From Alphaproteobacteria bacterium MarineAlpha3_Bin6 (GTDB lineage: Bacteria > Pseudomonadota > Alphaproteobacteria > Rhodospirillales > UBA2165), in the NCBI GenBank assembly GCA_002938035.1, contig PTLH01000001.1, forward strand, positions 1 through 63,087: a DNA stretch of 63,087 nt, read 5' to 3'. A model generated the notes under the pieces. It made no database searches, had not been told where the DNA came from, and saw only the letters and a program-made list of their open reading frames with translations. Shown here piece after piece: positions 1 through 7,285 of this stretch. Every line of letters begins with the position of its first letter. Within the stretch, counting starts at the first letter, position 1. The position numbers and the translations under genes were made by a program.

Positions 1-120
1 AAGGCTATGCGCTTAATGTTTACCCCTCAAAAAGGGGTCAGACCCTATGTCAATAGTATCTTTAGGATGTTCTGACAATTAGAATTAGGGTGGATACAAC
101 AACCATACCCACGGCATTGC

Positions 121-553
121 TCATGCATTACTCCAAGCATGCTTGTTGCAAAGCTCAAACAGTACATACGGCATACCCACGGTATGCTCTTTAACATCAC
201 CCAGGGCATGGCACTCGATTAGTTGTAAAATAAAACGTGGCTGCTTTTCATAGAAATCGGGACAGAGTTTCTGACCTTCAAGCGAGGGATGAACTTCAAG
301 GAATACCTGACACCCGCATTGACGGTTCGGATACACCCGCCGATCTTAAATCTTCCTCGGATGCCAGCGGCGACATTAATATGGTTCCTAAGCCGGGAGT
401 TTTATCGCGTGACCAAGCTTTAGATCGGGCATCCCAACGAATTGACTCGGCTTCCTCGCCATCTTCGGAAAGGCAGAGTTTTGCAAAAACGCCTTCGACA
501 TCGCGGATTGAAAATTCAAGTGATAGTTTTTCTAGTTCTTCGGGTGTTGCCAC
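121..553 (-). pseudogene. possible frameshifted hypothetical gene (two overlapping minus-strand ORFs in different frames)
   Basis: ORFs 296-553 and 121-336 overlap by 41 nt in different frames on the same strand. No family recognised. The overlapping plus-strand ORF 237-677 looks like an antisense artefact (Ser-rich). Confidence 0.25.
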
Positions 554-615
554 TAAAAATATCCTTAAACGATTAGAGGGACCATATCAGACATCGGGCT
601 CTTTGGCCCGAGTTC

Positions 616-1041
616 CTAACCTACAAGCGAGGGCGTTAAAGCGGTTACATCAATCTCAACCATCGCCCCTTCTGTGAGGAGGGCTTGTACACCGATACAA
701 GTACTCGTCGCCGAGCCAGCTTCGCCATAAAACTCGTTCATTGCATTTTGAATTATAGGCCGCTGAGCAAGCTGCAAATCAACAACGAATATTCTCTGGC
801 GAACAACATCTGCGGGTGTCGCCCCGGCAATTGCTAATGTCTCCCGAATATTATCAAAAATGTATTTCATTTGAACAGCCAGATCTCCCTCGCCAACAAG
901 CACCCCTTCTGCAGTTGAAGCAAGCAGACCAGAGAGATGAACCTGCTTGCCCGCTTCGCTGATAATGAGGTTGGTGAAATGCGGCTTGTTGTGAAGAAAT
1001 TCAGGTCGGTGGCGTTGGATTATAGGGCTATTATCAGTCAT
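616..1041 (-). CDS. RidA/YjgF (Rid) family reactive-intermediate deaminase-like protein
   Basis: 141 aa. The length and the segments VHLSGLLA...GDLAVQMKYIFDNIRETLAIAGATPADVV...RIFV and a C-terminal VEIDV are typical of the YjgF/RidA fold family. Confidence 0.8.
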   Translation of the reverse strand: MTDNSPIIQRHRPEFLHNKPHFTNLIISEAGKQVHLSGLLASTAEGVLVGEGDLAVQMKYIFDNIRETLAIAGATPADVVRQRIFVVDLQLAQRPIIQNAMNEFYGEAGSATSTCIGVQALLTEGAMVEIDVTALTPSLVG

Positions 1042-1055
1042 TTTTGGATTGGCAG

Positions 1056-1095
1056 CATTGGTTTTTCACAAGACCCATGAGAAGGGGTAGTACAG
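1056..1095. repeat. left arm of a perfect 40-bp inverted repeat, abutting the integrase stop codon
   Basis: cattggtttttcacaagacccatgagaaggggtagtacag is the exact reverse complement of 2254-2293. Identity stops at 1055/2294. Confidence 0.95.
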
Positions 1096-2253
1096 TTACT
1101 TCTCAACAGCTTTCTCCATCCAGTTATACAGCACATCAACTGGATATCCTGAGCCGTAATGTTCACTCATGCCAGCCAATGACCAACCACCTAACCTGTC
1201 AGCAATATCTGGTGGACATTGAACTGCTCTAAGGCGATCCCTAATGCTGTGTCTGAAAGAATGAATGACACATCCTGAAGGGACCTTGGGTCTAAGCCAT
1301 TTATTCAAAACTGCACTCGCTGAATTGGACTTACATTCAGTCTCGTTACAATATCTGGGAAACAGAAAATTGGTTTGAGTGGAATTGAACGCTTTTTGAG
1401 CAGCCCAAAAGGCAGCTCCAACCAATGGAACTATTCTCTCACTGCCCTTTGTCTTTAACCTACGCGAAGAGTGTGCCTTCAGTAGGATATGAGGATATTC
1501 CCCCTCTAAGGATAGGTCATCTTTAAGAAGACCTATGACCTCGCTTAAACGCATCCCCGTATCACTGATCAGTGCTACTAGCCATCTAACTTCATCATTC
1601 ATAACGCGACAATCAACTTGTACTGAACGGATTGTCTCTAGCGGAATGGGATTTCTCTTCGTTTCAGAACCTTCTCTGTCATCACCCAGATAAACTCCGG
1701 AGAAAGAGTTAATTTCAGAAAGGCCTACTTCGCGAGTGGTGAAGTTGATTATGGCTCTAATGGTGCTGAACATACGACTGACGCTTCCTCGACTAAGACC
1801 ACGTTCAAAGAATGAGTCTCTTAAAAGGTTTGCGTCATGACGAGTGTAGGTGTCGATCGGTTTATCACCGACGAGTTCAGTTAGATTTTTAATTGCTCTT
1901 TCTACGGCAGCGCTAAAAGTAATAGGCCTACTAGCCCCCTTTACTCTTAAGTATATTGTGCCAGCTTCTGTCATCAGTGGAGCTGACGAGGATATTCTAG
2001 CTTCTGCAGCTTGACCTTTGAGGAACCTAAGTAGAGGAGTGTCCTTACTTCGCCATCTAAGCGTTAGCCAATCTTCTTCTAACTGGGACGCAAGTGATGC
2101 AGCTTTAATCTTTGCAGCCCTGCAAGATTTGGTACGAAGCGAAAAGACGATTTTAGACCGTTCGTAGTGATCCAATAGATCTTTTGGAACTCTTCTGCTG
2201 AAATAGTAAATGCCACGCTTTCGGAACAAATAAGGTGATAAATGATCTACCAT
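1096..2253 (-). CDS. tyrosine-type site-specific recombinase / phage-type integrase
   Basis: 385 aa. N-terminal RKRGIYYFSRRVPKDL motif is typical of alphaproteobacterial island integrases. Catalytic signature: GMRLSE (Arg), HSFRHSIRDR (His-x-x-Arg), GGW...HYGSGY (Tyr). Lies directly 3' of tRNA-Leu. Confidence 0.9.
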   Translation of the reverse strand: MVDHLSPYLFRKRGIYYFSRRVPKDLLDHYERSKIVFSLRTKSCRAAKIKAASLASQLEEDWLTLRWRSKDTPLLRFLKGQAAEARISSSAPLMTEAGTIYLRVKGASRPITFSAAVERAIKNLTELVGDKPIDTYTRHDANLLRDSFFERGLSRGSVSRMFSTIRAIINFTTREVGLSEINSFSGVYLGDDREGSETKRNPIPLETIRSVQVDCRVMNDEVRWLVALISDTGMRLSEVIGLLKDDLSLEGEYPHILLKAHSSRRLKTKGSERIVPLVGAAFWAAQKAFNSTQTNFLFPRYCNETECKSNSASAVLNKWLRPKVPSGCVIHSFRHSIRDRLRAVQCPPDIADRLGGWSLAGMSEHYGSGYPVDVLYNWMEKAVEK

Positions 2254-2293
2254 CTGTACTACCCCTTCTCATGGGTCTTGTGAAAAACCAATG
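2254..2293. repeat. right arm of the perfect 40-bp inverted repeat, abutting the integrase start codon and containing its SD-like GAAGGGG
   Basis: ctgtactaccccttctcatgggtcttgtgaaaaaccaatg is the exact reverse complement of 1056-1095. Confidence 0.95.
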
Positions 2294-2329
2294 AACACCA
2301 AAGGGTTAGCTGATGTTTACCTTGAGAAA

Positions 2330-2416
2330 TGGTGCCTCGGGAGAGACTCGAACTCTCACTTCCGTGAAGAAACCGGATTTTGAATCCGGCGCGTCTACCA
2401 GTTCCGCCACCGAGGC
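2330..2416 (-). tRNA. tRNA-Leu (anticodon CAA), class II with long variable arm, CCA encoded
   Basis: Reverse complement reads GCCTCGG-TG-GCGGAACTGGTAGACGC-GCCGGATTCAAAATCCGG-TTTCTTCACGGAAGTGAGA-GTTCGAGTCTCTC-CCGAGGC-A-CCA. 7-bp acceptor stem, anticodon loop TTCAAAA, T loop GTTCGAGTC. Confidence 0.93.
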
Positions 2417-2503
2417 ATTTTATTTTAAACGATTAATCAGGGTCTTAATTTTTCTAATATTTTACCCTTTAATAAACAGTTTTCAGTTTGAAAATAACGC
2501 CAA

Positions 2504-2713
2504 TTAAATATCTATTATTTTCTCATATACTACTTTACTGTGCAGACGAGACAATCCTTTTGCTGAGCGGATAATGCTTTTTGCAAATGAGAAAAGTGCT
2601 CTATTATATCCGTCGCTCAGCTCCTTAGGTTCCTCTATCATGACATTTTCAAGCCAATAGGGATGACAAAGTTCGTGAAGGAATTCCCAATGCTCGACAT
2701 GCCCAACAAGCAA
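2504..2713 (-). pseudogene. short HExxH-containing ORF, probably a remnant of a zinc metallopeptidase-like gene
   Basis: 69 aa from a TTG start, with motif FLHELCHPYW. The frame stays open upstream to about 2824 without an ATG. Far too short for a complete peptidase. Confidence 0.3.
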
Positions 2714-2946
2714 ATTTCGATTGAGGGTAAAGTTGTTAATTGAGCAACTTCTGACATGGTTATAACAACCTCTAAGCGCATGGTTCCATTGGTTTTGGTC
2801 TGTTATGGCGCATAACCATCTTGCTCACTGTTGACATTCTGGCTTACCCTAACCAAAGCCTTTGTACAGAAAATTAACTTAACCATTGCAAACTCATGAT
2901 CTAACAAATGGACCACATTGAAGGGTAAGCCAACAAAGAGGGGACC

Positions 2947-4206
2947 ATGAAAAAAGTATTAATATTAATATTTGCATCAAGTAATTTGCTGAGCCCCGTA
3001 GAGGCCAAGGACCTAATTCTTGAGGTGACCAAGAAGGATTGCCGTCGGGCTGTCCGGCACATGCCTTCAGCAGACGTGGCCTACAAACCGGGCCTTGATG
3101 CCCGCGGACGTTGGGTGGGAGCCGCGGATGTCGGCGGTGGCTCCCGGATAAAGCTTCCGGATGTATTCGAGTTCAATGTCAACGTTGACATCCGGAGGTA
3201 TTTAGGAGGGCCCGAGGCTGATGCGGCTGCGGCCAGTACTGCAGCAATTGCAGCTGACCAGGCGAAGTCGGCAGTAACCGCTGCTTCAACAGCAGTTGCC
3301 GCCGTTGAAGCAGCAGCTTCAGAGGCACAGGTCATCGCGGATGCAGCCAATATAGATTCAACGAGCACAACTGCTAATGCCGCTAATGCACTTGCTGAGC
3401 ATGAGGCGGACCCTTTGAACCAGGAGAAGAAGGATGCCGCCATAACAACCGCTGCGGCAGCCGCTTCCGCTTCTGCTCTTGCCGCCTCAACAGGCGCTGA
3501 TGCTGCAGTCCTTCAAAGACTATCAAAGGCTGGTAGAGTTGCTGTAGACGCTGCGGATAAGGCATCCAATGCTGTGGACAAGGCCGCTAACGCAACAGCC
3601 GCTAGCGAACTGGCAGCTGAGGCCATATCGGCGGCAGCTGTTATTACCGCCACCGCAGCAGCGGATGCTGCTGCTACAGCAGCTTCAGAGGCAGAGGCCA
3701 CGGCCGCTACGGCACTGGCCGCTCACAAGGCAGATCCATCTAATGAAGTGAAGGAGGGTGTTTTTACGGCAGCAACAGCTGCCGCCACGATTGCTGCGTC
3801 TGCGTCTGCCGCGTCTTCTGCCAGTGCCGCTGCTGTTGTTAGTTCCGCCACCATAGTAAAGTCCACATCTGGGGCAACTCGCGCAACTGCTGCAAAGACT
3901 GCCACAACAGCGGCGGCCGAGGCAGTCGCTGCCTCAGGGGGGACGGCGGTCATATCCAATCTTTCTGATGGTGCCGCCGACACGGTATCAGCGGCGGGCG
4001 CCGCAATAGTTTCATCTGACGCCAATACGGCGCTGGTTAAGGCTTTCAGGGACGCGCAGAAATATGGAGGTCTGAACATGGCAGTGGGCAAGGTGCGTTT
4101 TGACATTCTGAAAGGTACTTTAACATTTAATGGACAGCCTTTTTCCGTTTCGGATCAGGCTATGCTGGCAAGGGTATGTCAGGAAAGACTGAATAAGCGA
4201 CGTTAA
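2947..4206 (+). CDS. secreted protein with a long Ala/Thr/Ser-rich low-complexity core
   Basis: 419 aa. N-terminal signal peptide (MKKVLILIFASSNLLSPVEA/KD), an ordinary-composition N-domain (about 70 aa) and C-domain (about 60 aa, VGKVRFDILKGTLTFNGQPFS), and a core of about 300 aa dominated by GCN codons. AAGAGGGG SD-like element upstream. Confidence 0.75.
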   Translation: MKKVLILIFASSNLLSPVEAKDLILEVTKKDCRRAVRHMPSADVAYKPGLDARGRWVGAADVGGGSRIKLPDVFEFNVNVDIRRYLGGPEADAAAASTAAIAADQAKSAVTAASTAVAAVEAAASEAQVIADAANIDSTSTTANAANALAEHEADPLNQEKKDAAITTAAAAASASALAASTGADAAVLQRLSKAGRVAVDAADKASNAVDKAANATAASELAAEAISAAAVITATAAADAAATAASEAEATAATALAAHKADPSNEVKEGVFTAATAAATIAASASAASSASAAAVVSSATIVKSTSGATRATAAKTATTAAAEAVAASGGTAVISNLSDGAADTVSAAGAAIVSSDANTALVKAFRDAQKYGGLNMAVGKVRFDILKGTLTFNGQPFSVSDQAMLARVCQERLNKRR

Positions 4207-4530
4207 ATGTAGCGTAATAACCTGCAACATATTTTGGTAATTAACCCAAGTTAAAACAATCTTTGCAAACTGATATCTGATTTAAACTTACTGAGACCAA
4301 CTGAATTGTCTAACGTCAGAAGTGAATAAAATCCTAAGCGTCGTTGATTGTATCTTTGGCGTGCATCCACAGATTTTGATTTTCTACTTAAATCTTAAGA
4401 CCATTGGTCAAAGCCGAACGAAAATTTCGCAAGTGCTCAAGTAATTATTCATAATGAGGGTGTCTAAAACTTATTTCCTTCTTTATTTTTAAATAAAACG
4501 TAGGTTGGAAGCCTATTTATATGAAATGAA

Positions 4531-4575
4531 GGCGATTTTGAATTCGGCGCGTCTGACGACACCGCAACCGAGGCA
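4531..4575 (-). pseudogene. degenerate copy of the 5' half of tRNA-Leu(CAA)
   Basis: ggcgattttgaattcggcgcgtctgacgacaccgcaaccgaggca aligns without gaps to 2372-2416 at about 33/45 positions, in the same orientation. No matching 3' half. Confidence 0.55.
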
Positions 4576-4705
4576 ACAAATTTTGGACCATGATCATATT
4601 TGTGCTGAAAAATCGGTCAACCACCTATGGTAACGACATAACCGTGTTTGCCAAAGCCTACCCAAGTAGATAGTTAGTTCCTATATAGAACTCCCCTTAA
4701 TTGAG

Positions 4706-5293
4706 TTGGCGATGCTACGGCGCATTTACGGATGGACTTTTGAACTTGCTGCTCACAAGCATGCATTGTTGGCTCTTGCGTTCGTATCGTTTCTGGAAAG
4801 CTCAATATTTCCAATTCCACCCGATATCATGTTAATCCCCATGGTTTTGGCAACCCGAGATCGAGCTTGGGTAATCGCAAGTGTGTGCACGGCGTCGTCG
4901 GTTTTAGGCGGCATGGCCGGTTATGTAATTGGTGCGTTCCTTTTTGATCAGATAGGAGAGCCCATTTTAAATTTCTACCATTATAATTTGAAATTCCAGG
5001 AGTTCCAGAAGGTCTACACTAATTGGGGTGCTTGGGCCGTGTTCATTGCCGGTGTAACGCCATTTCCGTATAAAGTTATTACAATTCTAAGCGGGGCTAC
5101 ACACCTCGATTTCGGTATTTTTTCATTTTCTTCTTTAATTGCCAGGGGGCTTAGGTTTTTCGTTGTAACGGCTCTTCTTTGGTACTTAGGTGAATCAATA
5201 CGGGAATTTATCGAGCGCCGTTTGGGGGTTTTATTTTTATTTTTTGTTGTTTTATTATTATGTGGATATTTGTTTGTAAAATTTTTGCTTTGA
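4706..5293 (+). CDS. YqaA/DedA-family (SNARE-associated domain) membrane protein
   Basis: 195 aa. The motif FLESSIFPIPPDIMLIPM is characteristic of YqaA-like DedA proteins. Multiple TM segments. Start could be ATG 4712. Confidence 0.8.
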   Translation: MAMLRRIYGWTFELAAHKHALLALAFVSFLESSIFPIPPDIMLIPMVLATRDRAWVIASVCTASSVLGGMAGYVIGAFLFDQIGEPILNFYHYNLKFQEFQKVYTNWGAWAVFIAGVTPFPYKVITILSGATHLDFGIFSFSSLIARGLRFFVVTALLWYLGESIREFIERRLGVLFLFFVVLLLCGYLFVKFLL

Positions 5294-5312
5294 CGACCGT
5301 GGGCTAACTCTT

Positions 5313-5792
5313 ATGAGCTATTTGCTTCGATTTCATCTCTTGACCTCGGTTATGTTGGCGAGTGCAGGCGCTCTAGGGGTCGCGTTGATTGCTCAATACG
5401 GCTATCAATTGAACCCGTGTGAACTTTGTAGCTATCAGCGCATCCCATATGGGAGTATCATCCTATTTGGTGGGCTCGCCCTGGCGTTTGGAGGATGGAA
5501 TAGAGCCGCTGTCGGCTATCTGTTTGGTGTAATATTTTTCGTTGGCGCCGCACTGGCATTCTATCATACGGGTGTGGAACAGCATTGGTGGCAGTCCGCC
5601 ACCTCCTGTGGTGGACATCAACCAATGCCAAGAAGCCTCGCTGAATTAAAGGTTGGACTAACTCAATCCATGTCGAAACAATGCGACGATATAGACTGGA
5701 CCTTGTTTGGTTTCTCTATGTCTGTTTACAATATCGTTGCCTCTTTAGTGTTATCAACAGCCTGTATTTTTAGTGCCCGATTAAAAGGTTAA
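5313..5792 (+). CDS. disulfide bond formation protein B (DsbB family)
   Basis: 159 aa with 4 TM segments. PCELCSYQRIPY (CxxC plus QR) and a second Cys pair in the second periplasmic loop (SCGG...QCDD). Confidence 0.75.
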   Translation: MSYLLRFHLLTSVMLASAGALGVALIAQYGYQLNPCELCSYQRIPYGSIILFGGLALAFGGWNRAAVGYLFGVIFFVGAALAFYHTGVEQHWWQSATSCGGHQPMPRSLAELKVGLTQSMSKQCDDIDWTLFGFSMSVYNIVASLVLSTACIFSARLKG

Positions 5793-5800
5793 GGTGTTAA

Positions 5801-6361
5801 ATGAACCAGAAAGAAAAAATCTTAGGGCGGCTCCCCGGAGACCTTTCAAAAGAAGAGTTGATAGCGCGCATTATACGGGTGGATCAAGCCGGTGAATACG
5901 GCGCTAAACGTATCTACGAGGGGCAGTTGTCAGTTTTGAGTGGTACCAAGGATGAACCCGTGCTCAGAGAGATGGCGGATACGGAAGTAGTTCACTTGGA
6001 TACCTTCAATAAAATCATGGTGGAGAGGAGGGTGCGTCCCACTCTACTCGCGCCCTTATGGCATGTTGCAGGTTTCGCATTAGGTGCTGGTACTGCATTG
6101 ATGGGCCGGGAAGCGGCTATGGCCTGCACAGTTGCTGTGGAAGAAGTAATCGAAGAACATTATAGTCACCAGGCTGCCCAACTCGCTTCCGAAGAAGAGC
6201 CCGAAATTCTGGAAATCATCGAGAGGTTTCGAAAAGACGAAGCAGAACACAAAGAAACGGCTTTGCTTGAAGGGGCGGAGAACGCACCCGGCTACCCCTT
6301 TTTAGCTTCGGCAGTGAAATCCTGCTCACGTGTTGCCATTTGGTTATCAGAGCGCATTTAA
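5801..6361 (+). CDS. coq7: demethoxyubiquinone hydroxylase (Coq7 family di-iron carboxylate protein)
   Basis: 186 aa. RVDQAGEYGAKRIYEGQ and repeated E...ExxH motifs (EVVH, EEVIEEH, DEAEH). Confidence 0.85.
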   Translation: MNQKEKILGRLPGDLSKEELIARIIRVDQAGEYGAKRIYEGQLSVLSGTKDEPVLREMADTEVVHLDTFNKIMVERRVRPTLLAPLWHVAGFALGAGTALMGREAAMACTVAVEEVIEEHYSHQAAQLASEEEPEILEIIERFRKDEAEHKETALLEGAENAPGYPFLASAVKSCSRVAIWLSERI

Positions 6362-6376
6362 GGACATCGCGTAGCC

Positions 6377-7246
6377 TTGCCTCCATTATCTCTGACTATT
6401 AAAGGAGCAATTTGGATGTTGGGTGCGATGGCATCGTTTTTGATGATAGCCGTTGGTGCACGGGAACTTTCCGATACTATGAATACTTTCCAAATTGTAT
6501 TTCTCCGGAGCTTGGTTGGTTTCGGGATAATCCTATTAGTATTGGCAAAGCAGGGTATTAAAGTACCCGAAACAGGGCGGCTCAAAATTCACATATTTCG
6601 GAATATCCTTCATTATAGCGCACAAGCTGCATGGATTTTGGGTGTGTCACTGCTGCCCCTTGCGACGGTATTCGCCATTGAATTCACAACACCAATCTGG
6701 GTGGCATTAATGGCGGTGTTGCTTCTTAACGAAAGATTGAACCGGGGCCGATTGGTTGCAATTTTATTTGGTTTGATAGGAACCCTAATTATTTTGCGAC
6801 CAGGCCTGGGGGGATTTGGGTTAGGGCATTTAGCCGTTTTGTGGGCGGCAGTAGGCTATGGTGCCACTTACGTGATTACTAAAATGATATCTAATACGGA
6901 GGCGCCAATTACCATACTTTTCTATATGACCGCAGTACAAGCGGTTGTCGGTCTCGTACCTGGCTTAATCGGTTGGGTTGCGCCTAAACCCGAAGACATC
7001 TTTTGGATTGGATCTTTAGGCGTATTGGGTTTGACCTCACATTTTTGCCTAGCCAAGGCGTTTATTTATGCTGACGCAACATTAGTTCTTCCTATTGATT
7101 TTTTACGGCTCCCGCTTGCGGCTGTTGTTGGGTTTTTCTTTTATCAGGAAGCTTTTGAACTAGCAATATTAGTTGGTGGCGCGGTGATTTTTGCGGGTAA
7201 TTACTATAACATTCACACGGAAACTAGCGCCAAAACTGTAGCATAA
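6377..7246 (+). CDS. DMT superfamily (EamA-like) transporter
   Basis: 289 aa, about 10 TM segments, two-fold EamA-like repeat architecture. Confidence 0.8.
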   Translation: MPPLSLTIKGAIWMLGAMASFLMIAVGARELSDTMNTFQIVFLRSLVGFGIILLVLAKQGIKVPETGRLKIHIFRNILHYSAQAAWILGVSLLPLATVFAIEFTTPIWVALMAVLLLNERLNRGRLVAILFGLIGTLIILRPGLGGFGLGHLAVLWAAVGYGATYVITKMISNTEAPITILFYMTAVQAVVGLVPGLIGWVAPKPEDIFWIGSLGVLGLTSHFCLAKAFIYADATLVLPIDFLRLPLAAVVGFFFYQEAFELAILVGGAVIFAGNYYNIHTETSAKTVA

Positions 7247-7285
7247 ATATTGGGACTGATGTCATTGCGGGAATAGTTATATTGC

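Larger units (their letters stand above)
1056..2293 (-). mobile_element. IR-bounded single-gene recombinase cassette (candidate invertible segment or minimal mobile unit)
   Basis: 1238-bp unit made of 40-bp IR, integrase ORF and 40-bp IR with zero spacer on both sides. No flanking target-site duplication seen (ggattggcag on the left, aacaccaaag on the right). Confidence 0.4.

Noticed and set aside
237-677. 146-aa plus-strand ORF
   Set aside because: The translation is Ser/Asp-rich and featureless. It overlaps the 3' end of the RidA-like gene and both minus-strand ORFs, so it is most likely an antisense artefact.
1044-1232. 62-aa plus-strand ORF running through the left IR arm into the integrase 3' end
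   Set aside because: It is antisense to the integrase, with no RBS and no coding features. It exists only because the IR arm contains ATG triplets.
1046-2303. Target-site duplication flanking the IR-bounded integrase cassette
   Set aside because: The flanks (ggattggcag on the left, aacaccaaag on the right) share no direct repeat, so classical transposition with a TSD is not supported.
2313-2507. 64-aa ORF overlapping tRNA-Leu
   Set aside because: It is entirely explained by the tRNA gene on the opposite strand.
3081-4106. Five long ORFs (3081-3443, 3383-3565, 3513-3701, 3569-3751, 3723-4106) overlapping the alanine-rich gene on both strands
   Set aside because: They are by-products of the GCN-rich, stop-poor repeat composition. 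Their products are low-complexity Ala/Ser/Leu/Gln strings with no signal peptide or RBS. The plus-frame gene has proper N- and C-terminal domains.
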